In this document: positions 1-8,910 of the stretch, one piece after another
Numbering within the stretch: the stretch's first letter is position 1
Layout: each line of letters begins with the position of its first letter
Source: Candidatus Latescibacterota bacterium
GTDB lineage: Bacteria; Latescibacterota; UBA2968; UBA8231
NCBI GenBank assembly: GCA_965200315.1
Contig: OZ241362.1
Span: 2,304,001-2,368,000, forward strand
DNA length: 64,000 nt
Direction of reading: 5' to 3'
Position numbers and translations under genes: made by a program
Notes under the pieces: generated by a model
Told to the model about the DNA's origin: nothing
What the model saw: only the letters and a program-made list of their open reading frames with translations
The model's database searches: none

Positions 1-2
1 GC

Positions 3-761
3 GCCGTCAATCTGCCTTGGCTCATCGACCCCAGCGAAATTTCATCAGTACTCAACAACACCGACGTTCACCTGCTCAACGACCTGCAAGCGACTTCCTA
101 CGGCACCTTGGTGTTGGAACCGGACGATCTGTGTCCGCTCAACGAAGGGCAACGCGCCCCAAAGGGCAACATCGCCGTCATCGCCGCTGGCACCGGGCTG
201 GGCGAGGGGGGCTTGTGCTGGGCCGAGGGTCGCTACGCAGCAATCGCCTCGGAAGGCGGCCACGCGACCTTTGGGCCAAATTCCGCGCTCGAAGTCGAGC
301 TTTGGCGTTTCCTCAGCGGGCACTACGGCCACGTTAGCTGGGAACGAGTGGTCTCGGGCCAAGGCTTGGCCGCAATTTACGACTTTCTGTGCGCACGGCA
401 GCCCGACCACGCCGACGCCTCTCTGGCCCCCGCGGCAGAACAGCCTGACCGCGCCGACGCCATCGCTCGCGCCGGACTCGAAAGCCACTCGGCGCTGGCC
501 GTAACGGCCCTCGATCTCTTCGCGCTCCTCTATGGCCGCGAAGCCGGGAACTTGGCACTGAAGTTAATGTCTTCGGGTGGGGTTTTCGTCGGTGGCGGCA
601 TTGCGCCTAAAATTCTCACCAAGCTGCGCGACGGTCGCTTTATGGAGGGCTTTGTTGACAAAGGCCGCCTGGGCGAGCCCCTCGCGGCCATTCCCGTCCA
701 CGTCGTGCTCAACGACAAGACTGCACTGCTCGGTGCGGCCTATTGGGGGGCGCAGCTTTAG
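3..761 (+). CDS. glk: Glucokinase, 5'-truncated by window edge
   Basis: Frame is open from base 3 (AVNLPW...HLLNDLQA). Motifs AGTGLGE, SEGGH, WERVVSG, GGVFVGGGIAPK, FVDKGR. Confidence 0.92.
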   Translation, partial: AVNLPWLIDPSEISSVLNNTDVHLLNDLQATSYGTLVLEPDDLCPLNEGQRAPKGNIAVIAAGTGLGEGGLCWAEGRYAAIASEGGHATFGPNSALEVELWRFLSGHYGHVSWERVVSGQGLAAIYDFLCARQPDHADASLAPAAEQPDRADAIARAGLESHSALAVTALDLFALLYGREAGNLALKLMSSGGVFVGGGIAPKILTKLRDGRFMEGFVDKGRLGEPLAAIPVHVVLNDKTALLGAAYWGAQL

Positions 762-774
762 AATCATCCAAAGG

Positions 775-896
775 CACTATAGCAATTTAGAATGATTTGA
801 ACGATTCGAGCGGTGGATCGTCTTAGGCATCCTATTCTGAGTCTGTCTGCGTCCACCTGCGGATCATCTTGTGAATGAGGTAGGATTGCTATAGTG
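775..896. mobile_element. MITE-like element with 12-bp perfect terminal inverted repeats
   Basis: CACTATAGCAAT (775-786) and its reverse complement ATTGCTATAGTG (885-896) bound 122 bp of non-coding intergenic DNA. Confidence 0.6.
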
Positions 897-1020
897 AGAT
901 TTACGTGTTGGAGCGAGTTTTATGAATGAGGAGTCAGTGCGGATTTAGCTGTAGTCGGTGGAGGGTCTTGTTGAGGAGACCGCCGCGTAGTGGAGTTACC
1001 CTTTCAGCTTAGGCATGGGC

Positions 1021-1317
1021 TTACGAAGGCCAGAATCGCAAAACGATATTGAGCAGAGCTAGACCGGAAGTCATCGCTACAAGCAGAATTTTGACGCTAC
1101 CCTTGAGTTCGGCAATATCGGCCTGTACGTGTGCAATATCGGCCTTAAGATCGCTCTCAACGCGTGCAATATCGGCCTTAAGATCGCTCTCAACGCGTGC
1201 AATATCGGCCTTTAAGACCACTCTCAACTCAGCCAAATCGGCTTTGGAAGCAAGATGATCGTACACGCCTTCAAGCCTCGCTAGACGCTCTTCAATAGTT
1301 GGGGGTACAGCAGTCAT
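1021..1317 (-). CDS. Small coiled-coil protein with 11-aa tandem repeats and C-terminal TM anchor (DUF1640/CCDC90-like)
   Basis: ASKADL motif, (KADIARVESDL)x2 plus degenerate copies, hydrophobic C-terminal helix, AAAGGAG RBS. Confidence 0.75.
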   Translation of the reverse strand: MTAVPPTIEERLARLEGVYDHLASKADLAELRVVLKADIARVESDLKADIARVESDLKADIAHVQADIAELKGSVKILLVAMTSGLALLNIVLRFWPS

Positions 1318-1455
1318 AGTCGTCGTTGCTCTCCTTTCGTTTGGGTTTGGGGTGTACTGTGAACATATAGGACGAGATAAAGCAGCGTAGCGTCAATGAA
1401 AAATCCACTTTTTTATTCGCTGTCTAGAATCTCCCTAACGCAAGGGGGGCAACGA

Positions 1456-1574
1456 TTCAACTCTTCTCCCGCTTGGTCGCCCGACGGACAGAAAATAGTC
1501 TTTGTGCTCAGCGCACCGGCAATGACGGCAATTTTGACATTTACGTGATGGAACTCCTCGGAAGCTGTACGTAA
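1456..1574 (+). pseudogene. Frameshifted remnant of a PD40/TolB-like beta-propeller repeat
   Basis: FNSSPAWSPDGQKIVF, then in a shifted frame QRTGNDGNFDIYVM...stop; no start or upstream gene body. Confidence 0.7.
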
Positions 1575-1673
1575 GGCGACAGCTCCGATTGGATGGTTGA
1601 AGCACCCAAAAGCCCCATCGAGCAATGATCTCGGCGGGGCTTGTTGCCTTTTAGCTCGTCCGTGGAGCACAGT

Positions 1674-2873
1674 TCAGCCAAGCAATTCCCTGAGCCGTTG
1701 GCCAATCTGCTCCGGCTCGCCCTCCTTGAGGCACATCGGCCCAAAAATCACCGCACCCTCGTAAACATCGGTCGGGTTGGCGGCTATTGGTGGCCGGCCT
1801 TCCTGTAGCGCCTTGACCAGTTCCAGCGCCGTCATGCCCGCGGTTTCCTCGTCGAGCACCAGCCGTGCGGTCGGAATCTCGGTGCGCTTGCGGTCAGCTA
1901 CCACCGCGATCTCGGCGTTTCTCAGTGCTCCACACGCGGCCACTAGCTCCTCCATCAGCGCAGACCAGCGCTGCCGCCGCGCCTCCGGGGCTTCGGCGAC
2001 AAAAAGGCGCAGCGCTTTCACCAACCCCGCGATCTCTTCCTTGCCGACCTTGCAGGGACGCCCAATGCCGTGCTGAGGGGCACCGGGTAGTTGCGACTTG
2101 TCGATCAAACTCGCGGGCGGCTCCCACAGTTCGGGCATCACGTCGAGGTCTTGGTGTTGCAACGCGGCCGCGGCGATCAAATCCCGCCGCCCGCACAAAA
2201 TCCCCGAAGCCTGCGGCCCGCCTATGGCCTTGCCACCGCTAAAGGCGACCAAATCGGCTCCGGCGGCAATGAAACGCTGCAAGTTGCTCGCCGGCGGGAG
2301 CTGACCGGCCGCATCCACGATCACCGGCACGCCGCTCTTGCGCGCTGCGGCTACCACCTCTTCCAGCGACGGCTGCGTGTGCGCGTATGCCACGTACACA
2401 ATCGCGGCCGTCCGCGCGGTAATCGCCGCTTCGATCTCCCACCCTTCCGCATCGCGCACGCCCGCCCCGGAAAAGCGGTCGGCGATCCCCACTTCTACCA
2501 ATTCGATTCCCACCGAGCGCACCGCGTGGTCGTAGAAGTTCCGGTGGCTGCGCGCCATGATCACTTCGTTTTTCATCCCGGACGTATCCGGCAAGCGGTT
2601 CATCTTGCCCGGATCCAATCCGGTCACACAAGCGGCCGTCCCCAGTAACAAGCCCGCCGCCGCCCCACTCGTCACGTACCCAGCCTCCGCGCCAGTAATC
2701 TCGGCGATAATCTCCCCGGACCGCGCCTGCATCTGCGCTATATCCACGCAACGCTCCGAAGCCTGCCGCATAGCCTCGGCCACCTCTCGATGCATAATCG
2801 ACCCGCTCAATCGCGTCGCCGGTCCTACGGCGTTGATGATGGGATCGATGCCCAATTCTCGATATATGTCCAT
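1674..2873 (-). CDS. SelA-like/DgaE-family PLP-dependent enzyme
   Basis: PIINAVG..TRLSGS, VIVDAAG, FSGGKAIGGPQASG (PLP Lys), IGRPCKVGKEEI. Confidence 0.85.
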   Translation of the reverse strand: MDIYRELGIDPIINAVGPATRLSGSIMHREVAEAMRQASERCVDIAQMQARSGEIIAEITGAEAGYVTSGAAAGLLLGTAACVTGLDPGKMNRLPDTSGMKNEVIMARSHRNFYDHAVRSVGIELVEVGIADRFSGAGVRDAEGWEIEAAITARTAAIVYVAYAHTQPSLEEVVAAARKSGVPVIVDAAGQLPPASNLQRFIAAGADLVAFSGGKAIGGPQASGILCGRRDLIAAAALQHQDLDVMPELWEPPASLIDKSQLPGAPQHGIGRPCKVGKEEIAGLVKALRLFVAEAPEARRQRWSALMEELVAACGALRNAEIAVVADRKRTEIPTARLVLDEETAGMTALELVKALQEGRPPIAANPTDVYEGAVIFGPMCLKEGEPEQIGQRLRELLG

Positions 2874-2875
2874 TT

Positions 2876-4195
2876 TTAGAGCGGCTTTCCCTCGCTGTCG
2901 TAGAGTAAACCGGGGGCTGGGAAGCGGGCGCAGAGTGCCCGCACTTCAGCCGCGATTTCCGCGTATTCCGCTTTTCGGTCGTCGAGTTCTAACGCTTTAT
3001 TGGCCCGCACGTGGGCGACCCGATCCATCCATTCGGCCAACTGCCGCATCTCCTCGGCACCAAAGCCCCGGCTAGTAATCGCCGGCGTGCCGATGCGGAT
3101 GCCGCTGGGCTTGCGTGCCGGCCGCGGATCAAAGGGCACGCGATTGAAATTGCAGACAATGCCCGCGGCGTCCAGCGCCTTGGCCATCGCATAACCAGTA
3201 ACGCCCCTATGGGTCATGTCCATGAGGATCAGGTGGTTGTCGGTGCCATCCGAACTGAGGGCAAAACCCCGCATCGTCAGGGCGGCGGCCAAGGTCTGAG
3301 CGTTGGCGACGATTTGCTGGGCGTACCGCTTAAACTCCGCGCTCGTCGCCTCCTTGAGCGCCACGGCAATCGCCGCTGTGGTGCTGTTGTGCGGCCCGCC
3401 CTGCAAGCCAGGAAACACCGCCCTATCGAGAGCCTCAGCGTACTGCGCTCGACACAAGATCATCCCGCCGCGCGGCCCCCGCAGCGACTTGTGAGTAGTC
3501 GTAGTTACCACATCCACGTGCGGCACGGGGCTAGGATGCACCCCGGCGGCCACCAACCCGGCAATATGCGCGATGTCGGCGACCACGATGGCCCCCACCG
3601 AATGCCCGATCTCGGCAAAGCGCGCAAAGTCGACGATGCGCGGATAGGCCGTGCCCCCGCAGAAGAGCAGCTTGGGCCGATGCTCTTTGGCTAGCGCTTC
3701 GACCTGATCGAAGTCGATTTTGCCCGAGTCCCGACACACTCCGTATTGCACAGACTGGTAGTGCATCCCCGAGATACTAACGCGGTCGCCGTGCGTCAGA
3801 TGGCCTCCGTGCGCCAGCGCCAAGCCCATGACCGCATCGCCCGGCTCGCAGAGGCCGACGTACACGGCCTGATTGGCCGGTGAGCCTGAATAGGGCTGCA
3901 CATTGACGTGCTCAGCACCAAAAACCTCCTTGGCGCGCTCGACGCAAAGCCGCTCGAGCTTGTCGATTTCTCGCTGGCCTTCGTAGTAGCGAGCACCTAC
4001 ATACCCTTCGGAATACTTATTCGTAAGGATCGAACCGCTGGCTTCGAGTACGGCTTGACTGGCGTAATTTTCAGATGGGATCAGGCGAATTTTGTTGTGC
4101 TGACGCCTGTTTTCAGCGCGAATGATGGCCTCAACCTCCGGGTCCACTGCCGCCAGCATCCCCGCGATTTCGGGCTGTGCCGCCAATACTTCCAC
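2876..4195 (-). CDS. glyA: Serine hydroxymethyltransferase
   Basis: LIPSEN, NKYSEGY, NVQPYSGS, GGHLTHG, TTTTHKSLRGPRGG, FPGLQGGP, SGIRIGTPA. Confidence 0.97.
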   Translation of the reverse strand: MEVLAAQPEIAGMLAAVDPEVEAIIRAENRRQHNKIRLIPSENYASQAVLEASGSILTNKYSEGYVGARYYEGQREIDKLERLCVERAKEVFGAEHVNVQPYSGSPANQAVYVGLCEPGDAVMGLALAHGGHLTHGDRVSISGMHYQSVQYGVCRDSGKIDFDQVEALAKEHRPKLLFCGGTAYPRIVDFARFAEIGHSVGAIVVADIAHIAGLVAAGVHPSPVPHVDVVTTTTHKSLRGPRGGMILCRAQYAEALDRAVFPGLQGGPHNSTTAAIAVALKEATSAEFKRYAQQIVANAQTLAAALTMRGFALSSDGTDNHLILMDMTHRGVTGYAMAKALDAAGIVCNFNRVPFDPRPARKPSGIRIGTPAITSRGFGAEEMRQLAEWMDRVAHVRANKALELDDRKAEYAEIAAEVRALCARFPAPGLLYDSEGKPL

Positions 4196-4269
4196 TGGTT
4201 TTGTTCTCCTCAGCGCGTTTGTTAATTTTGCTGTAAATAAACCATAAAAATCTATGTTAGGATATTTCC

Positions 4270-5838
4270 ATGAGCAAGTATTTGGGCATCGACGCTAGTA
4301 CCCAATCCATCACCGGCCTACTCATCAACGCGGAGCAGCGCACCATCGTCGCCGAAGCGTCCATCAGCTTCGACGAGCACTTCAAAACGACGTATGGAGT
4401 CGCCAACGGTGTCCTCGACCTCGGCGCAGGCGTGATCCACAGCGCACCCCTGATGTGGGCTGAAGCGCTGGACCTGCTCCTGCAAACGCTCGCCGACCAA
4501 GGCCACGACCTCAACGCCGTGCAAGCCATCGCCGGCAGCGGCCAGCAGCACGGCACCGTTTATCTCAACGCCAGTGCTGCTAGCTCCTTGGCAAACCTTT
4601 CATCGACACAGCCGCTCAAAGACCAACTCACCGCCATCTTCTCCCGCGCCACCGCGCCCATCTGGATGGACACCTCCACTACCGTTCAGTGCTCCGAGCT
4701 CGAAGCGGCTGTCGGCGGGCGCGATGCACTCCTCGCGCTCACCGGCAACGCGGCCTTTGAGCGCTTCAGCGGCCCGCAGATCCGCAAGTTTTACCAGACC
4801 GAACCTGCTGCTTACGCAGACACGGCATATATCGGCTTGGTCAGCTCTTACGTCGCCAGCCTGCTCGCTGGACAGCTCGTCGGCGTTGACCCTGGCGACG
4901 GCAGCGGCACCAACATGATGGACCTTGCCGCACGCCAGTGGAGCGCACGTGCGCTCGACGCAACCGCCCCCGGCCTAGCCACCAAACTCCTGCCCATCGT
5001 CCCCTCCGGCCAGCCCGTCGGCCCCATCAGCCCTTATTACGTGGGTCGCTACGGCTTTGCGGACGACTGTCTCGTGCTGCCCTTTTCGGGCGACAATCCG
5101 TGCAGCCTCATTGGCCTCGGCCTCGTCGCCCCCGGGCAAGTCGCCCTGAGCTTGGGCACTTCGGATACCCTGTTCGCCTGCATGGACCAACCGCGCACTG
5201 CCACCGCCGGCGAAGGCGCAGTCTTTGCCTCGCCCGACGGCACTCACTACATGGCCCTGACTTGCTACCTCAACGGTAGCTTGGCTCGCGAAGCCGTGCG
5301 CGATCAATACGGCATGAATTGGGAGCAGTTCACCAGCGCCCTACGCGCCACGCCGCCGGGCAACAACGGCGCACTCATGCTCCCTTACTTCGCGCCAGAA
5401 ATCGTCCCCAAAGTCCCCGTGGCCAACGTCGTCCGTCAAAACCTCGACCCTATAAACGCGCCGGCCAACGTCCGCGCCGTCATCGAGGCCCAAGCCCTTT
5501 CCTCGCGCATCCACGCACGTTGGATGGGAGTAGAAATTTCCTCGCTCTACGTTACCGGCGGCGCTTCGGCTAACGCCGAAATCCTGCGCATCTTCGCCAA
5601 CGTCCACAACTGTCCGGTCCACCGCTTCAAAACCGCAAATTCGGCGGCCCTCGGCGCGGCTTTGCGCGCAGCTCACGGCCACCAATCGGCGGCCGGGTAC
5701 GCGCCTTCGTGGGCGCAAGTGGTCGCGCCATTCGCGCAGCCAGTCGCCGGATCAACCATTGAGCCGGAGCCAAGGGCCAGAGCCATGTACGACGGAATCG
5801 TCAGCCAGTACGCCACCTTAGAGCAAGCTCACACTTGA
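4270..5838 (+). CDS. xylB: Xylulose kinase (FGGY family, eukaryotic XYLB-like subtype)
   Basis: LGIDASTQS, MWAEALDLL, SGQQHG, PIWMD, ERFSGPQIRK, GDNP, SLGTSDT, TGGAS.N. Confidence 0.8.
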   Translation: MSKYLGIDASTQSITGLLINAEQRTIVAEASISFDEHFKTTYGVANGVLDLGAGVIHSAPLMWAEALDLLLQTLADQGHDLNAVQAIAGSGQQHGTVYLNASAASSLANLSSTQPLKDQLTAIFSRATAPIWMDTSTTVQCSELEAAVGGRDALLALTGNAAFERFSGPQIRKFYQTEPAAYADTAYIGLVSSYVASLLAGQLVGVDPGDGSGTNMMDLAARQWSARALDATAPGLATKLLPIVPSGQPVGPISPYYVGRYGFADDCLVLPFSGDNPCSLIGLGLVAPGQVALSLGTSDTLFACMDQPRTATAGEGAVFASPDGTHYMALTCYLNGSLAREAVRDQYGMNWEQFTSALRATPPGNNGALMLPYFAPEIVPKVPVANVVRQNLDPINAPANVRAVIEAQALSSRIHARWMGVEISSLYVTGGASANAEILRIFANVHNCPVHRFKTANSAALGAALRAAHGHQSAAGYAPSWAQVVAPFAQPVAGSTIEPEPRARAMYDGIVSQYATLEQAHT

Positions 5839-5960
5839 GTTACGCTAAAAAACCCTTTGGCATCTAAAATAGGTGCTGGAGACGCACTGTTGACCGCACG
5901 GGTTTGCATTAGCTAGAAAGCAAACAACTCGGCTTGGTAGCTTCACCTAAAAGAGGCTAT

Positions 5961-5990
5961 TTGACACAGAATCTTTTTTAGATGTATAGT
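5961..5990 (+). promoter_or_regulatory. Probable sigma70 promoter for the envelope operon
   Basis: TTGACA-N18-TATAGT upstream of the 6052 ORF. Confidence 0.6.
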
Positions 5991-6051
5991 TCAAGGTCAA
6001 AACCCTGTATAAAACGGGCATTCACAGATTGTAACAGAACACAACTGCTTT

Positions 6052-7782
6052 ATGAACATTGAGTTGACTGCTGCAAAGGGAACACCGGTTTGCACTGGAC
6101 AGATGGCTACTTGCTGGGCCGCGATGGCGATCGTCGGGCTGATGGCCGTCAATGTTTGGGCTGTGAATTCAGCCGTACTGGCCAGAGTCGGGAGCGAGGT
6201 CATTATGGTAGATGACTTGCTCCGCGCCGAGCGCAATATGCGTCGTTTTGCAGCGGGCAATGCGCGGGAAATGCTACAGCCTTTTATCGATCGCAAGCTG
6301 CTGGTCTTAGAGGCTAGGGAGAAGGGTTTGGATCAGCATCCCGAGGTGGTCGCAAGCGTGCAACAGGTGCGTGACCGGAGACTAGTGGAGCGTCTGTACG
6401 CGGAAGTCACAGGAGACGTCTCCATATCAGAAGAGGAACTCCGGTCGCATTTCCACCATAGCGGATTGCACAAAAAGCGGGAAGTCCGAGCGAGTCATAT
6501 TCAGGTAGACAACCTCGAAGAAGCCCGGGCCGTGCAAGAGCAATTGCGGCAAGGTGCCGATTTTGCAGAGTTGGCGCACGAACATTCTCTCGATCGCACA
6601 TCGGCGGCCAAAGGTGGAGACATGGGTTTCTGGCAGGAGGAAGAAGCACAGCACAGCGGGTTTGTCGCCGAGCTTTTTCGCCTACAGGTCGGCCAAGTGT
6701 CCGAGCCGTACCGCAACTCGCAGGGAACTTACCACCTGATCAGAGCCGATGAAGAGCACTACGTCAGTTTTGATCGTCAAAAGAAGATGTTGCGCCAAGC
6801 GCTGGAAAAGCAGCAAAAAAAAGATCGCTGGACCGCATATTTAGCCGACCAGAAAACGCACTTTGGTTTTTTAGTAGATGCACAGGTCTTGGGCGTATTG
6901 CTGCAGCGGGGACGATTGGCCGAAGGCGGTGTGCCTGTCCTAGAATCAGGAGACCACGCACGCATCCTGCTGAGTTATAGTGGAGGAAGCATCGACCTGA
7001 ACGCGTATATGGCTTTGGTAGAGGAGGCCGAACCCAAACGTCGTCCTCACGCCATAGATAGCACCACCGTGGTCGAATTTGCCCAAGACGAAGCACTGCG
7101 CAAAATCCTGCTGCCTCTACTGGCGGCCCAGCAACGGGGGTTGGATCGCGAACAGGCTATGGTTCAGTACGTGCGGGATAAACGCGAAGAAGCCATGGTC
7201 GAGATGTTGCGGCGAACAGAAGTAGAATCGCGCTTCGTCACAGAGGAACAGCGGCTCATTCTATATCGGGATCTAGCAGGGGAATTCACTCTGCCAGTGC
7301 GCACTTTTTTTGCCGGTGCATTAGTCGATTCAAAACCGGCTTCGTACGCCATCGCCCAGCGCGTGCGCACCGGTGAGGATATGGCCGAGATCATGGGCGA
7401 GTATCCGGCATTTAAAGGGCGCGTACGTCAGTTTGACATATTTAACTTCACGCTGGCTGATACGGCAACGGCCCAAGGTGCTATGGCCACCATGATCCAA
7501 GCCGTGCGGGACGTGCCGGTTGGCGGCATCAAGGGACCGATCCCTATCCAGTTGAGCGGCGATATGACGGGCTATCTCGTGCTCAAAGTGTTGGCGATGC
7601 GCCCGGAGAAGACCCTCTCTTTTTCTGCACCTAAGGTGCAGTCCAGAATATGGCGTCAATTGCGCTACGCCCATCGGCACGCGATTGAAGAAGACTTTGA
7701 TAGCTACCTAGAGGAGTTGAGGCATAAGTACAGGGCTGAGATAGTTGTCGACGAACAGGCCCTGTCTAACTTGGAGAAGTAG
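6052..7782 (+). CDS. Periplasmic parvulin-type peptidyl-prolyl isomerase (PpiC/SurA/PrsA-like); true start may be ~6103-6124
   Basis: VRASHIQV, GADFAELAHEHSLD, KGGDMG, GQVSEP, YHLI; second degenerate rotamase domain; signal-like N-terminus. Confidence 0.85.
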   Translation: MNIELTAAKGTPVCTGQMATCWAAMAIVGLMAVNVWAVNSAVLARVGSEVIMVDDLLRAERNMRRFAAGNAREMLQPFIDRKLLVLEAREKGLDQHPEVVASVQQVRDRRLVERLYAEVTGDVSISEEELRSHFHHSGLHKKREVRASHIQVDNLEEARAVQEQLRQGADFAELAHEHSLDRTSAAKGGDMGFWQEEEAQHSGFVAELFRLQVGQVSEPYRNSQGTYHLIRADEEHYVSFDRQKKMLRQALEKQQKKDRWTAYLADQKTHFGFLVDAQVLGVLLQRGRLAEGGVPVLESGDHARILLSYSGGSIDLNAYMALVEEAEPKRRPHAIDSTTVVEFAQDEALRKILLPLLAAQQRGLDREQAMVQYVRDKREEAMVEMLRRTEVESRFVTEEQRLILYRDLAGEFTLPVRTFFAGALVDSKPASYAIAQRVRTGEDMAEIMGEYPAFKGRVRQFDIFNFTLADTATAQGAMATMIQAVRDVPVGGIKGPIPIQLSGDMTGYLVLKVLAMRPEKTLSFSAPKVQSRIWRQLRYAHRHAIEEDFDSYLEELRHKYRAEIVVDEQALSNLEK

Positions 7783-7898
7783 CGGCTCTGCGTTTCTACT
7801 ATTCCTATAAATGCGGAAGGAGGTGAATAGATACAGCGTTCGCAACTACAGGAGCAGAAAAGAGCAATATCTCTAACTCTATCCATAAGGAGAAAAGT

Positions 7899-8825
7899 AT
7901 GCGCAAGAACTCACTCATAGCAGCAATGTTGTCCATAGCACTGGCGAGCTTCTCCTATGGCCAGTCCAATGCCAACGGCATTGGCTACTTCGCCTTAGAG
8001 GTGCCTGCTAATGTCACCATCACCATTGATGGCGACGATGGCGACTGGGCGTGGTTCGATCCCATTTTCACCGTTGGGCCTGACGAGATGTACGAAATCC
8101 AGAAAGCCGAAGTGCTGGACAAGAGTGACCTCGACGTGGCCATCATGACGGCGTGGACGGGCACTGACCGCGACAACAAGCTCTACGGATTTGTACGCGC
8201 CACCGACGACACGCTAGTCGTCACCTCCGACGTCTTTGACGACGGCTGGCGCGACGATGATCTCGAGATCATCACCGATGCCAACGCCAGCGGCGGGCCG
8301 CACGACGGCGACGGCGAGTCGGGTACGCGCGCTGAAGGGCAGCAGTTTACCATGCATCTGCCGGTCCCCGGCGTGTATGAAACGCCCTATGGCGGCGACG
8401 GCTCGTGGTGGTTGCGCTGGCAAGTGGTCGAGGAAATCCACTGGATGGACGAGTTCGCCGAGTCCAGAGTGACGACCAATCCTGCGGGAGCGACCACGGG
8501 TTCGACCAACGTCACGGTCAACTACGAGTACAGTATTCCCCTCTGGGATTACGCCTCATTGGACGGTGCGGATAACAGTATCCGCCACGAAAACGAGGCC
8601 GGGCAGATCATCCGCCTGACCTATCAGTTGAACGAAGCGGATAATCCCGAAGACCGCCGCACGCATCAGCTAGCAACAACCGGCGAAGACGGCGCTTCGG
8701 GCAACTGCGATGTCTGCTCGGAATACACGCTGCTCGGCGCGGACGAGTACGAGCGCGCCGACGGCGGGGGTACCGCAGTGGAATCCGAAAGCTGGGCAAA
8801 AATCAAAGCGACCTTCAGCGACTAA
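7899..8825 (+). CDS. Secreted acidic protein, CBM9/DOMON-like fold, with C-terminal TAVESESWAKIK motif
   Basis: AAGGAG RBS, Sec signal, ITIDGDDGDW, LYGFVRATDD, DDLEIITD, YEYSIP (CBM9-like pattern). Confidence 0.65.
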   Translation: MRKNSLIAAMLSIALASFSYGQSNANGIGYFALEVPANVTITIDGDDGDWAWFDPIFTVGPDEMYEIQKAEVLDKSDLDVAIMTAWTGTDRDNKLYGFVRATDDTLVVTSDVFDDGWRDDDLEIITDANASGGPHDGDGESGTRAEGQQFTMHLPVPGVYETPYGGDGSWWLRWQVVEEIHWMDEFAESRVTTNPAGATTGSTNVTVNYEYSIPLWDYASLDGADNSIRHENEAGQIIRLTYQLNEADNPEDRRTHQLATTGEDGASGNCDVCSEYTLLGADEYERADGGGTAVESESWAKIKATFSD

Positions 8826-8845
8826 CCGAACGGTCCTTTGAACAC

Positions 8846-8877
8846 TATTGGGCGGTGGCATATGCCGCCGCCCAATA
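8846..8877 (+). terminator. Intergenic stem-loop (mRNA stabiliser or partial terminator)
   Basis: TATTGGGCGGTGGCA/TGCCGCCGCCCAATA inverted repeat with one G-U pair; no U-tract. Confidence 0.55.
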
Positions 8878-8910
8878 ACCGGCATTGCAACTACACTTCC
8901 CGAGGTCAAC

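Noticed and set aside
1674-2873. selA (selenocysteine synthase)
   Set aside because: Shorter than true SelA, lacks its N-terminal domain, and no selB/selC nearby.
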